IMG/VR virus record: IMGVR_UViG_3300027781_000009
Length of the DNA: 64,000 bases
Reading direction: 5' to 3' (one strand)
Source of the DNA: a virus
In this document: piece by piece, positions 17,065 to 26,883 of the stretch
How positions within the stretch are numbered: the first letter of the stretch is position 1
Layout: each line of letters begins with the position of its first letter
Program-made: the position numbers and the translations under genes
The notes under the pieces: generated by a model
What the model saw: the letters and a program-made list of their open reading frames with translations, nothing else
What the model was told of the DNA's origin: nothing
The model's database searches: none

Positions 17065-17429
17065 TTCGGCTCACCAGCCAGATACCCGCGTAACGTCAGA
17101 AACAGCAGGTTGCTGCGATGCCGCTGCTGTACCTCCACCATCGGATTGTCGATGGTCACTGGCTTCTCGGGTACGCCGACAAACATTCCGCTTTCAAACC
17201 GCACGAGGTAAATCGCGCACTGCACCTCGTCGTGGCAGTAGAGAAACGGCTTGCCGTCCCTTTGAATCACCCACTGGCCAAACTCCACCTCCTTGACATC
17301 GGGCGGTCTGAGCTCGTCACGGAATCGCGCAACAAACTGTTGGCCCATACAGAGCCCCCTTGCCAGCAGCTCCTGAGTGACTTGCTCTACGGTCAGTTGT
17401 TCAACGGATGCGGTGCGATGCGCGTTCAT
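17061..17429 (-). CDS. hypothetical protein
   Basis: Coupled stop/start at both ends. Confidence 0.6.
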   Translation of the reverse strand: MNAHRTASVEQLTVEQVTQELLARGLCMGQQFVARFRDELRPPDVKEVEFGQWVIQRDGKPFLYCHDEVQCAIYLVRFESGMFVGVPEKPVTIDNPMVEVQQRHRSNLLFLTLRGYLAGEPK

Positions 17430-18076
17430 GGTTTTCCCTCGATTGCACAGCCAAGCTGCGCGTCAGTGAGCAACCTCAATCCCACTTCTAGCACCTCGAC
17501 GGCGGCTTCGTCGTTCAGCGCGTCAAGCACCTTGTGCAGCAGGTGCCGCTGATGGGCGAAGATCATCGCTTCTGTTTCTTCCCGTGGGCGCAGCGTCCGC
17601 TTGCTGGCTGGGAAGCGATACGGAAGCTGATACGTGTCTGTCACCCAGCGGTGACATTCGGTGCAGAGCGGCACCGTAAGCAGGTCGCTGGTCTTGCGAC
17701 TCACAGCGCGTGGGCCTTCGTGGTCGGCTTCGGTGGGATACTGCTGAGCTCTGCCGATGGCGGCGCAGTTAAAACAGGCGTGCGTCCGTATAAACGCCTT
17801 GTAGCGCTCACTGCGCTTGGCCGGTAGCGGCTTCTCGATTGGCGCTGCTGCCGATCGCACCGTAGTGGCCACGACCGTGCGAGCAAGTGGTGCAAGTACC
17901 GCCGATGGCTTTCGGGCCTCGATGACCGTCACGCGCCGCAGTGGCACTCGGTCGCGGACACCATCGGCGTACTCGACCACGTACGCCTTGTCGAGTCGCT
18001 CGATGATCTTGGCTTTTCGGGGGGGCTGTCGCTTTAGGCCACCGCTGGCAACCCAGCAGTGTTCGTGATCTAGCAT
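17426..18076 (-). CDS. HNH-like Zn-finger nuclease (DUF968/DUF1364-like)
   Basis: RSERYKAFIR..CFNC...EADH...KTSDLLTVPLCTECH. Confidence 0.65.
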   Translation of the reverse strand: MLDHEHCWVASGGLKRQPPRKAKIIERLDKAYVVEYADGVRDRVPLRRVTVIEARKPSAVLAPLARTVVATTVRSAAAPIEKPLPAKRSERYKAFIRTHACFNCAAIGRAQQYPTEADHEGPRAVSRKTSDLLTVPLCTECHRWVTDTYQLPYRFPASKRTLRPREETEAMIFAHQRHLLHKVLDALNDEAAVEVLEVGLRLLTDAQLGCAIEGKP

Positions 18077-18116
18077 GTGTTAAGTAATAACACGCGCAGA
18101 CTTTTGAAGCGAAAAT

Positions 18117-19175
18117 TTAATTAGGCAGGTTCTCGGGCTGGCCGGAAATCGGGGGGACGTGCGGAGCGATGAGCGTCACTTGCTCGTGCTGAACTCCGTC
18201 TTGAATACCGAGTTCACACTCGATTCGCTCGATGGTCGCGCCGCATGCGCAGTTGGTTTCCCCACCGCCCGCAATCCGTCTCAGAGAGTAGCCGCACGGG
18301 CTGCCCACTATGATGCGTGGGCTTTGACGTGCATTGAGCTGACGGGCGTAGTCAGTAGGTATCCGCAGCATGGCGTGGTTACGCCAGACGATGCTGTCTA
18401 CGGCGCTCCACGGAAAGAGCTTCCGCATTTCAATAAATGCTCCGTACCCGTTGGAGCGCGACGGAATACCCGCCCATCGCGGAGCTGTGATCGAAGCAAT
18501 CCACTTGGCTTCTGCTTCGACGACCTGCTTGTGCTCCAATCCGCTGGCGAGGACGACGATATGCTCTGCTGGTGAGAGAGCACGCAGCGGACCCAGACAC
18601 GACGCGAGAACCGCTTCGGACGTGAGTCCCATGCGCGTCGAGACAAGGAATGCCACTTGACGCAGATTGTCGCGGAACAGCTCCTCCGCCACGCCAAACC
18701 CCTTGGTGTCGTGCCAGCCCTGGCTGGACTTTTCCCAGCCGGACTTTTGCAGGAACTGTTCGATCTGCGCTCGGGTGACGGTCTGTGCGCAATGGGGGCA
18801 CATCGGAATCGTCATCGCGTCGTCGTGTAGCTCGGCACGCCAGAAGGCGTAGACACGATCGCAGTGCGAGTTCGGACAGCGGTGTTTCTCGGTCAGGAAT
18901 CGGATCGCACTCTTCGACCCAAACAGATGTAGTTCTGCCGAGCCTTCCACGCGAGGAGTAAACGCATCGCTTGGGATCTCGACAAGCTTCATTCCTTCCT
19001 CGTTCAGCTCTGGACCCCACTCCAGGTCGAGCGGGTCGCGGCCTTGCATGTGGATCGCCATGCGGGCCTGGTTGCAGAACGCGATCTCTGCGCGGTTCTG
19101 CTCGCGCTCCTTCTGTGTGTTCATTGCGCCGAGCAAGCCAAGCTGCGCGGCTACCGATAGTCCCTTGGGCTTCAT
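18117..19175 (-). CDS. hypothetical protein
   Basis: Long co-oriented ORF with CxxC motifs. Confidence 0.6.
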   Translation of the reverse strand: MKPKGLSVAAQLGLLGAMNTQKEREQNRAEIAFCNQARMAIHMQGRDPLDLEWGPELNEEGMKLVEIPSDAFTPRVEGSAELHLFGSKSAIRFLTEKHRCPNSHCDRVYAFWRAELHDDAMTIPMCPHCAQTVTRAQIEQFLQKSGWEKSSQGWHDTKGFGVAEELFRDNLRQVAFLVSTRMGLTSEAVLASCLGPLRALSPAEHIVVLASGLEHKQVVEAEAKWIASITAPRWAGIPSRSNGYGAFIEMRKLFPWSAVDSIVWRNHAMLRIPTDYARQLNARQSPRIIVGSPCGYSLRRIAGGGETNCACGATIERIECELGIQDGVQHEQVTLIAPHVPPISGQPENLPN

Positions 19176-19912
19176 CGCAGCGCCTTTCTTGAGGCCAGCA
19201 CAAGATATGCAGCCGCCTTTTCCGTCTCGCCGTCTTTCAGTAGATCGTGAACCATTGCCACCATTTCGCCAAAGGTTGGGGCTTTTCCCGTCGACATTGA
19301 CATCGTGATGTCGAGTTCAAGCGCCTGCGCACCGATTCGCTGGAGCACCAGATCGCGCTCCTGCCCAGCGGCTGACAGCCAGTGGATCGGGTGCGGACAA
19401 TGTTCGCACTTGGGGTCGTGCGGTTCGTCGAGTCGACCGGCTTCGTTCACTCCGTACAGCGCCGAGATATAACGCGCCGCCGGAACCGTTACTCCGTTGC
19501 CGACCGTCGACGCTTCCTGTCGCAGCTTTGCCACAGCTTGCAGGATTTCGTTGTCTTGCGCTGGGCACTTTAGGATGGCCGCAAGCTCCTCTCGCTGCTG
19601 CGAGTGCAGCGCCTGCGCACGCACAACCCCTGCGGACAGCGCATCGACCTGTGCTGCTGGAGTGAGCGGCAGTTTGTTGCCATCGCCGGTCGTCATGGTT
19701 TCAGGCACACCAGCGCGGCGCAGTGCTGCTCGTACCTGCTTGACCGTTTCAAGCGTCTGCGGGTCGGCTGCTGGCGCGCTCTGTACGCTCAACTCTCCGA
19801 GCATCGCCAGTAGCGATCGGCGCGTGCTGAGCACATACCGAATCCGCTCTAGGAGTTCTGCTGGTGGTATGCGGTGCTCGTCGAGCACCTTGGTCACTTC
19901 TTGATCCGTCAT
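19172..19912 (-). CDS. hypothetical protein
   Basis: GAGG SD upstream of MTDQEV. Confidence 0.6.
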   Translation of the reverse strand: MTDQEVTKVLDEHRIPPAELLERIRYVLSTRRSLLAMLGELSVQSAPAADPQTLETVKQVRAALRRAGVPETMTTGDGNKLPLTPAAQVDALSAGVVRAQALHSQQREELAAILKCPAQDNEILQAVAKLRQEASTVGNGVTVPAARYISALYGVNEAGRLDEPHDPKCEHCPHPIHWLSAAGQERDLVLQRIGAQALELDITMSMSTGKAPTFGEMVAMVHDLLKDGETEKAAAYLVLASRKALR

Positions 19913-19923
19913 GTGATTTTCCC

Positions 19924-20496
19924 TCATAGGATGAATTTTCCCTCCCCTGCCCTGCCCACTCGCCAGACATCGACCTTGCCCCCGCAGCCCGCAGAGAATC
20001 GATAGGCGACCTCGCAGGCTGCGATCATTGCGCTCGGCACGTTTGTGATGCCGTCCTGCTGATACGCAGCCAGCGCTCCCATTGCGTACTCTCCGCCGCA
20101 CCCGATGCCGTACGGCGTCCCCACATCGGCCCTGATGACGTGCATGCTGGAGTCCAGCAGGTACAGCCCGGTTTTTGACGCTAGGAGCACAGACGAATCG
20201 CTGTGCGACCACGTTGGCGTTCCGTCGTCGCGTTCGTATCCGTCGTCCTGGAGCATCTTGCGATACTCCATCGAGAACTCGATGCCGCCCTGGTCTGCTG
20301 CTTTGGCCAGTCGTCCCCGGTGGTACTCGATAAGCATCGCAGTGCGCGCCATTCCCGACACCGTAACTGCGTGACATTCACTGAGCTCGATGATCTTTCG
20401 GCCAGGCGGTTTCCGGTTGTAGCCCGCCATCATGGCCGTATCAGACGCTAGATAGACGTGACCGCAAGGCGCGGCAAAGCCAAGGCCGACCGTCAC
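19924..20496 (-). CDS. Ntn-hydrolase, proteasome-beta/HslV-like peptidase
   Basis: Thr at position 2, LASDT, RKI, GIGCGGEYAMGAL. Confidence 0.7.
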   Translation of the reverse strand: MTVGLGFAAPCGHVYLASDTAMMAGYNRKPPGRKIIELSECHAVTVSGMARTAMLIEYHRGRLAKAADQGGIEFSMEYRKMLQDDGYERDDGTPTWSHSDSSVLLASKTGLYLLDSSMHVIRADVGTPYGIGCGGEYAMGALAAYQQDGITNVPSAMIAACEVAYRFSAGCGGKVDVWRVGRAGEGKFIL

Positions 20497-21365
20497 GAAA
20501 CTTTCTCCAGCCAGCTCTTGACCGGCCCCGCCGTCTGCTCGCTTGCTTCATTGGTCAGCGCTCGGATCTGCTCCAGCGGAATCTCATCGAGGTAGACGCG
20601 CTTGCGCTTGGGCGGAGCGTCCGGCACCACGTCGTCTTCCTCCATCGCTGCGACTTGCGCGCCGATCGATGGCGCGGCTTTGATGATCCGCAGTGCGCGT
20701 GAGCGGTTCAGCGTGCCAGCGCTGAATGCCGCGACCACCGCCAGATGGGCTTCAGTCAGCGGCTCATGCAGGCGGCGCAGCTCCTTCTCTGGCTGACTGA
20801 GCAGCTTGGCAATCTCTTGCCAGGTTTCGTTGCGGCGCAGCGCTTCGCGGACCGTGAGCTGGTCTTCGTAGATGCTTGTCTTTGCGCGTTGTGAGTTCTC
20901 GCGCACAAACGCATCCTCCATGTCTTTGTCATCGAGCTGGGCGTAGACCGCCAGCATCCGCGCCTTGCTGCGCGTCTTGCTCTCGTCTCCCCGTTCAGCC
21001 CAAATACGTCGCGCTTCGATAAGCGCGTGCCATCGCCGGTTGCCATAGACCAGCTCCAGGCGCGGCTGCTCGGGATGCTGTTGAGCGGCGTCTGGATAGA
21101 CCTTTCGGATGTAGGCCAGCTCTGGCTCCTCACTGGTCAGCAGCCCGCGCCGCCGAAACATCACCGGCTGCGGCACCGGCCCATGGTCGACGATCCAATC
21201 CACCAGCGCCTTGAAGCCCTGGTTTTCGAGTGAATACCGCTGCGGATCATGCCGCCAGTGCAGCATATGCCGCGGGTCGGTGATCGGGATTACCGTGGCC
21301 GCATCCACCACCCTCCCGTTGTCAATCGTCGCAACCCCTGCTCCCAAATACGTTCGATGGCCCAT
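20493..21365 (-). CDS. ParB-like protein
   Basis: GPVPQPV, LELVYGNRRWHAL, ENSQR, followed by an HTH-like segment. Confidence 0.7.
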   Translation of the reverse strand: MGHRTYLGAGVATIDNGRVVDAATVIPITDPRHMLHWRHDPQRYSLENQGFKALVDWIVDHGPVPQPVMFRRRGLLTSEEPELAYIRKVYPDAAQQHPEQPRLELVYGNRRWHALIEARRIWAERGDESKTRSKARMLAVYAQLDDKDMEDAFVRENSQRAKTSIYEDQLTVREALRRNETWQEIAKLLSQPEKELRRLHEPLTEAHLAVVAAFSAGTLNRSRALRIIKAAPSIGAQVAAMEEDDVVPDAPPKRKRVYLDEIPLEQIRALTNEASEQTAGPVKSWLEKVS

Positions 21366-21382
21366 CTCCGTCGTCCTTTCGT

Positions 21383-21721
21383 CTAGTGCGCGATAAGGCG
21401 CACCCTCTGTCGTCCCATTACCCCAAGCAAACCAGGGGGCACACGAACCCCCAAGATGCGGGCGATGCACATTCCTCGACTTGTCGCCGTCGTGTTCACC
21501 GCCCCCACGCCGACAGCGAGAACATCGAACAGCATCGGCGTGTCCCAGGTGGCAAGCGCTTCCATCACCACCACAAAGCGCTCGCGCAGCAACGGCATGG
21601 CGTCCGGTGCCATTTCCAGAGTCATCCGCTGAGTGGCTACGCTTCTCACGATGGCGCGTCGCGATTCAGCCCTGTCCGCCGATTGAAGTAGCACCGGCAC
21701 GCACGTAGTCCGCCGACTCAT
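21383..21721 (-). CDS. hypothetical protein
   Basis: ATGA coupling to the HTH gene. Confidence 0.45.
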   Translation of the reverse strand: MSRRTTCVPVLLQSADRAESRRAIVRSVATQRMTLEMAPDAMPLLRERFVVVMEALATWDTPMLFDVLAVGVGAVNTTATSRGMCIARILGVRVPPGLLGVMGRQRVRLIAH

Positions 21722-21987
21722 GGCTGGCCGTCACCAAACGCTAGCCAGGCGCTGCGCACGTTTAGCGCCGTAGCCAGCGCTTCGACGGTTGCAACATCCA
21801 GCACAGCCAGGCCGTTCTCGGCTCGCCAGAGCACGCTGTAGGAACGTGAGGCCATTGCGCCCACCTCGCGCAACGTCTTGTCCGCTCGACAGCGAGCCCA
21901 GAAAAGCCGCGTCGGCAATCCCTGCGTGCCTGCATCCGCTTCGCATGGTCCGAGCATCTGTGACAGTTTTGGTTTTGTTGTTGCCAT
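21718..21987 (-). CDS. XRE-family HTH regulator
   Basis: TLREVGAMASRSYSVLWRAENG...LATALNVRSAWLAFG; TTGACA-N18-TATAAG upstream. Confidence 0.8.
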   Translation of the reverse strand: MATTKPKLSQMLGPCEADAGTQGLPTRLFWARCRADKTLREVGAMASRSYSVLWRAENGLAVLDVATVEALATALNVRSAWLAFGDGQP

Positions 21988-22084
21988 GTTGGATGACTTA
22001 TATCTGGGATGAATTTTCGGTGTCAATGCGTTGACGCAGGTTGCGTTCAAGACTTTTGCTGTGGTGCTCGGGTAACATCGCGGC

Positions 22085-22795
22085 ATGGCAGCGCCGGAAA
22101 CTCCGTCCCCGCTTTCGTTTCGCCCGATCGGCGAACTTCGAGCTCTGGAACGAAACGCCCGTAAGCACCCAGAGTCCCAGCTTCTGCAACTGATGCGGCT
22201 CATTGAGGAGTATGGGTTCACTGCTCCAATCGTTGCGGATGAGCGCTCGATACTCGCTGGGCACGGTCGTTTGACAGCGGCCACGCGCCTGTACGCCGCA
22301 GGCAAGCGACTGAGCATGCCGGATGGCAGCGGCATACCGGATGGTTGCGTGCCAGTGCTCAACTGCTCTGGGTGGTCAGACGCAAAGCGCCGAGCCTATG
22401 CACTTGCTGACAACAAGGTCGCACTGCGCTCGACGTGGGATTACAACCTGCTTGCGGCTGAGCTGCGCGAGCTGAGCGGACTCGAGTCCTTCGATGGGGA
22501 GCTGCTGGGCTTTAACGAGGTGGAGTTGCATGCGCTGACGGGACAGAAGCTGCTGCCGCCGACCCCGACCGAACCCAGCAAAACCAACGCGACAGACGAA
22601 TGGCAAGGCATGCCGGAGTACGAGGGCGCAGCGCCGTGTCATCGCAAAATCGTGGTCAACTTTGAAACACAGGCTGATGTCGAAGCCTTCTTTGCTGCCA
22701 TCGGCAGAGCTTATGGACCCAAAATCAAGTCAATTTGGTTTCCGCATAAAGACCGACGTGACATCAAATCTCTGCGGTATGCAGACAAAACGTGA
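22085..22795 (+). CDS. ParB-N domain protein (DNA-modification-associated type)
   Basis: RNARKH..Q, IEEYGFTAPIV, ILAGHGRL, YALADNK; C-terminal EWQGMPEY..VNFET..SIWFP. Confidence 0.85.
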   Translation: MAAPETPSPLSFRPIGELRALERNARKHPESQLLQLMRLIEEYGFTAPIVADERSILAGHGRLTAATRLYAAGKRLSMPDGSGIPDGCVPVLNCSGWSDAKRRAYALADNKVALRSTWDYNLLAAELRELSGLESFDGELLGFNEVELHALTGQKLLPPTPTEPSKTNATDEWQGMPEYEGAAPCHRKIVVNFETQADVEAFFAAIGRAYGPKIKSIWFPHKDRRDIKSLRYADKT

Positions 22796-23766
22796 TGCCT
22801 GCAAAATCGCCAACGCATCCGTTTTATATTCCAAGTAAAGGACGATACAACACGCTGATAACGTCGCAGTCGTTGACTGACCTTGGCATCCGTCATTACT
22901 TGGTCGTTGAGCCGCAACAAGTCGAGCTGTACGAAGCGGGTGTATTTGATCGCAAGCTGCTGGCCACAGTGTTGCCGCTCGATATGTCTTACAAAGACCA
23001 CTACGAACTTTGCGACGATCTTGGCCATGTCCGCAGCACCGGACCAGGACCAGCTCGTAATTTTGCGTGGGACCATTCGATCTCCCTTGGCCACGCCTGG
23101 CATTGGGTGATGGACGACAACATACAGGGCTTCTACCGAATGACGCGCAACTTGCGAGTGCGGGTGGCTTCCCCTTCGATCTGGCGCGCAATGGAAGAGT
23201 TTGTGGCTCGATTCTCAAACGTCGCGATGGCTGGTCCCAACTACACGATGTTTGCGTTCGGTGCCAGTGCTTTGCCGCCGTTTATCACCAACACCAGGAT
23301 CTATTCGTGCAATCTAATTCGCAACGATGTGCCGTTTCGATGGCGAGGTCGATACAACGAAGACACAATTCTGTCGCTTGATATGCTTAAAGCCGGTTGG
23401 TGTACGGTTCAATTTAATGCGTTCCTTCAGCAGAAATTAGGCACTCAGAAAATTGCAGGCGGTAACACCGCTGAGTTCTATCACGCTGAGGGCGCGACAA
23501 AAAACACCGCCGGATACACGGACACTGGCACGTATGCAAAATCTAAAATGCTGGTCGACGTGCATCCTGATTGCAGTCAGATGGTGTTTAAGTTCAACCG
23601 TTGGCATCACCACGTTGATTACAGCCGCTTTAAGAACATGCCTTTGCAGCGAGCTGAAAACGTGAAGCCAGGCCTCGACAACTACGGCATGGAACTGGTG
23701 CGCGTGAATGTCCAGCCGCTTCAAGCCGCTCACAAAATCAAGCGCCGTCGACCTGCTGCGACATGA
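22792..23766 (+). CDS. GREB1-like / TET-associated (TAGT) glycosyltransferase family protein
   Basis: YIPSKGR, ARNFAWDHS, HWVMDDNI, NTRIYSC, WRGRYNEDT, GGNT. Confidence 0.75.
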   Translation: MMPAKSPTHPFYIPSKGRYNTLITSQSLTDLGIRHYLVVEPQQVELYEAGVFDRKLLATVLPLDMSYKDHYELCDDLGHVRSTGPGPARNFAWDHSISLGHAWHWVMDDNIQGFYRMTRNLRVRVASPSIWRAMEEFVARFSNVAMAGPNYTMFAFGASALPPFITNTRIYSCNLIRNDVPFRWRGRYNEDTILSLDMLKAGWCTVQFNAFLQQKLGTQKIAGGNTAEFYHAEGATKNTAGYTDTGTYAKSKMLVDVHPDCSQMVFKFNRWHHHVDYSRFKNMPLQRAENVKPGLDNYGMELVRVNVQPLQAAHKIKRRRPAAT

Positions 23767-24013
23767 AAACCCCACGGGCTCAGAGCAGGCGCTGGGAATC
23801 TACGTCGATCTGTTCTTCGAGTACCACCAAGCGCAGGCGCTCATCGACCGCATCGGGCCAATCACTGCCGACCCGGTGAGCAAGCGCCCAATCGAAAACC
23901 CCTACGTGCGAATACGCGACGCCGCTGCACGAAAGATGGACTCGTATCGGACGCTGCGAGTGGACGCGCTATGGCAGGCCGCGTGGAAGATTGAACACGG
24001 TAAGAAGGGGTGA
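23708..24013 (+). CDS. P27-family terminase small subunit-like protein
   Basis: Y...EY..A...I...G...ENPY..I...A...M pattern. Confidence 0.5.
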   Translation: MSSRFKPLTKSSAVDLLRHENPTGSEQALGIYVDLFFEYHQAQALIDRIGPITADPVSKRPIENPYVRIRDAAARKMDSYRTLRVDALWQAAWKIEHGKKG

Positions 24014-24015
24014 GG

Positions 24016-24720
24016 CTACTGGCAGATGGACTCAAGCCGCAGAGTGAGCGCGCACAGCTCCTCGGCGACCTGCTTGGCCAGTTGAAGGCGAGCGGCTTGC
24101 GAAACCAGGGACTGCGTATCGCGCAGGCTGGCGCTACGAGCGGCCAGCTTGGAGATCTGATTCGTGGCATCGCGGCACAGAGCCAGCGCATTCTCTGCCC
24201 TGTCCTGCGCTTCCGCGATGGCAGCTTGTGTGTAGTCACGCAGCGCTCGCTGAATCGAAGCATCGAGGAACGCCTCGACAGCTTCCATGGCCGGCCATCC
24301 GTCCGCCGAACGGTCGCGACCGATGGCTATGGCAAACAGTGCGTTCAGCGCTTCCGTGAGTGCCACTTCTTGCGGCACCTGAATCGGCAGCACCAGCTTG
24401 TGCTGAGCCAGCGACCGCTCGGCGGCTTTGGTCGCTACGGCAATGTGCCGAAGAAGCCAGGCTTGTCCGCTTTCGGTCAGTCGCGAAAACACGTCGGCAA
24501 CCTTGCTTTCGACCATAACCTCGACGAGAACTTCCTGGGGCTCGGCCTGTCCACCATCGAGACGGTGAATGCGACGAGGTTCAATCCCCGCCAGGACGTA
24601 TTGATCCTCATCCTCCTGTTGAAGCTGCCACCCGGTCGTGATCTGACCGAGTGACATGGTTCCGGGTTGTCGCCAAAGAGAGAGGGGATCGTTTTTGAGT
24701 AGCTGCCTTAGTTTTGCCAT
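24016..24720 (-). CDS. hypothetical protein
   Basis: Directly behind the promoter family member at 24728-24756. Confidence 0.65.
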   Translation of the reverse strand: MAKLRQLLKNDPLSLWRQPGTMSLGQITTGWQLQQEDEDQYVLAGIEPRRIHRLDGGQAEPQEVLVEVMVESKVADVFSRLTESGQAWLLRHIAVATKAAERSLAQHKLVLPIQVPQEVALTEALNALFAIAIGRDRSADGWPAMEAVEAFLDASIQRALRDYTQAAIAEAQDRAENALALCRDATNQISKLAARSASLRDTQSLVSQAARLQLAKQVAEELCALTLRLESICQ

Positions 24721-24800
24721 GTGTTTTGTGATAATGCGCGCAAGCTTTTGGCGCAAGACTTTTTCTTGTACCGTCGCGGCTTGGGTGCTGTACTTGACTC

Positions 24801-25052
24801 ATGCCTAATCAAATTGCAACGAATCAGCAGGGTCGGGTCACGATCGTGCTTGACCGTACATACGCGGTAGCGCTGGCGATGGCGGTGCAGGATCGGGTGC
24901 TGGCCGGTGGTGCGCCAACCGAAGTGATCGAGCTCCAGGAACTCATCCTGGGCTCGCCAGAGTGGCAGAAGGGTGGCCCGGTTGGGCCGATCACACGGGG
25001 AGAGGTCAATGAGTATCGGGTGCTCAACAACATCCCGATACCGCCGCAGTAG
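24801..25052 (+). CDS. small hypothetical protein
   Basis: ORF fills the gap, divergent from 24720. Confidence 0.5.
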   Translation: MPNQIATNQQGRVTIVLDRTYAVALAMAVQDRVLAGGAPTEVIELQELILGSPEWQKGGPVGPITRGEVNEYRVLNNIPIPPQ

Positions 25053-25058
25053 CGTGGG

Positions 25059-25490
25059 TTAGGAGAACGGGAAGACTTCCCGGCAATGCTGGCAGGATGG
25101 CCCCTTTGTCTGGGGCTCGGGCGGAACGGTAGGCTGCTTGCGAGCTCGTAGCCACCGCGTAGCGGCATCGAGCTTGGGTTGATCCACGGGCCTGCGAGCA
25201 ACGCCCTCTGGTGGCTGCGCGACGCTCATTTCCCCGGCTTGGACCGCAGCACCCAGGGAGCGAATGATCTCCCAAAGCGCGCAAGTCACACGGCTCAGGC
25301 CCGACTTGCTTTCCAGCTCATCGAGCTTTCGGTCGGGGTTGTCGCTAGACAGTGCCCGAGCAGCTTCCCGCTCCGCTGCGGGATCTCGCAGACACTGAAT
25401 CACGCCTGGGGTTGCCGCCGTCACCACGGCCTTCAGTGGCCCGCAACCAAGCGAGGTTGCAAGCAGCGCAATGAGGTGGAGTTTCACCAT
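25059..25490 (-). CDS. putative lipoprotein
   Basis: MVKLHLIALLATSLGC lipobox. Confidence 0.55.
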   Translation of the reverse strand: MVKLHLIALLATSLGCGPLKAVVTAATPGVIQCLRDPAAEREAARALSSDNPDRKLDELESKSGLSRVTCALWEIIRSLGAAVQAGEMSVAQPPEGVARRPVDQPKLDAATRWLRARKQPTVPPEPQTKGPSCQHCREVFPFS

Positions 25491-26233
25491 GAGCCGCCGT
25501 CCTCGTCTTCCTTGTCGTCGCCGTCGTCGTTCTGAGCCGAGAACGGAATGGGCTTTTTGTCCTTGTCCTTCGGCGGTCGGCCCCGCTTTTTCTGCTCCTT
25601 CTGCTTCGGCGCGGGCTTGGTCGGGTCGTGCTGCGGACCGATGTAGGCGTGACCAGCGTCGTCCACCGCTTCGACCTCCTTTCCGCCTTCGAGCATTACC
25701 AAACCTGGCTTTCCAGGAATGGGCGTGCCCTTGGCGAAGCGGTTGATCACGCGGCCTTCGTGATCCTTCAGGGACTGCGCCGCGTCCCATTCTTCTGCCG
25801 TGGCGTTCCGCCGCGACAGCTCGTCTTTGGTGCCCTTGCGGTAGGTGATGACCTCGCCGTTCAAAAACACCTCTTCCACCAGCTCCCGCACGATGCGGTA
25901 GCCCTTGCTGTGCGCCTCCACGGAGTCGCGCAGCCGCTGGCCGTGAGTCTCTTTTTGTTCCTCGATGTCGCGCAGCTCTCTGCGCCGGACCGCCAACGTC
26001 CCTTCGGCTTCGGCGATCTGTTCCTCTTTTCCGGCTTGCATGATCTCGCACTCACGGATCTCTGCGCAGATCGTCTGCTGGTCGTGCATCACGTCGAGCA
26101 GGCCCTTCTCACCGAGCTTGACCTGCACGTCGCGGTAGCCCGTGAACAGATGCGCGTTTACCGGCTTGCGCTCGCCGTTCTGCTCTGGTGCTTCCGCCTG
26201 CTTCTCTGACTTCTTCTTACGTCGGCCACCCAT
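25484..26233 (-). CDS. hypothetical protein with coiled coil and AT-hook-like KKRGRPPK
   Basis: Translation. Confidence 0.65.
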   Translation of the reverse strand: MGGRRKKKSEKQAEAPEQNGERKPVNAHLFTGYRDVQVKLGEKGLLDVMHDQQTICAEIRECEIMQAGKEEQIAEAEGTLAVRRRELRDIEEQKETHGQRLRDSVEAHSKGYRIVRELVEEVFLNGEVITYRKGTKDELSRRNATAEEWDAAQSLKDHEGRVINRFAKGTPIPGKPGLVMLEGGKEVEAVDDAGHAYIGPQHDPTKPAPKQKEQKKRGRPPKDKDKKPIPFSAQNDDGDDKEDEDGGSW

Positions 26234-26243
26234 CTTCCGTTCC

Positions 26244-26825
26244 TTATCGTTTGAGTTTGTTGACGACATTCTGCGCGTCATCAATCGCCGAAGACAGGAA
26301 TGCCTGTCCTTCGATGATCTTGTTGTGCCGCAACTTGGCTTCGTTGAAAAAGCGCTGTGCGGTGGTCAGTTTGTTAAGAAGCTGCCGAGAGATCGACAGC
26401 ACGCCTTGCGAGGTTGCCTGGTGGGCAATGTCGCGCACCGACTTGGCCCCTTGTGCCTTCTGACGGTTCCGCCACAGGTAGGTAGCCCGTCCAAACTCCT
26501 CTGGAGTCAGCACTTGGCCTACGTCCCCGGCTGCCTTTGTGTCGACCAAAACCGGCGCAGACGTGATCGAGCAGTGGTTGCACTCGACGTCGAATCCGCG
26601 CTGGTGCTTGCGACACGGAACCAGCGTGCGCACCGAGTAGGTTGTCGGCATCTTTTCATCGAGCCAGCCGGACTTGTCTAGCGGCTCGGTGGTCGGAGGC
26701 GACCACTTCCAGCGCCCCTTACCGTCTCCAAAGTGACGCAGGCTGTGTTGCCGCCAGCCGGTGATCGACTGCTCGGACGTTCTTACCGCCACATGGGGCG
26801 GTATCGCTTCGTTGGTGGTGTTCAT
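26244..26825 (-). CDS. hypothetical protein
   Basis: Behind the promoter family member at 26834-26862. Confidence 0.6.
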   Translation of the reverse strand: MNTTNEAIPPHVAVRTSEQSITGWRQHSLRHFGDGKGRWKWSPPTTEPLDKSGWLDEKMPTTYSVRTLVPCRKHQRGFDVECNHCSITSAPVLVDTKAAGDVGQVLTPEEFGRATYLWRNRQKAQGAKSVRDIAHQATSQGVLSISRQLLNKLTTAQRFFNEAKLRHNKIIEGQAFLSSAIDDAQNVVNKLKR

Positions 26826-26883
26826 AGACAACCCATATAGGACTGCGCGCTTTTGCGCGCAAGATCCTATTTTGTGACCCATG

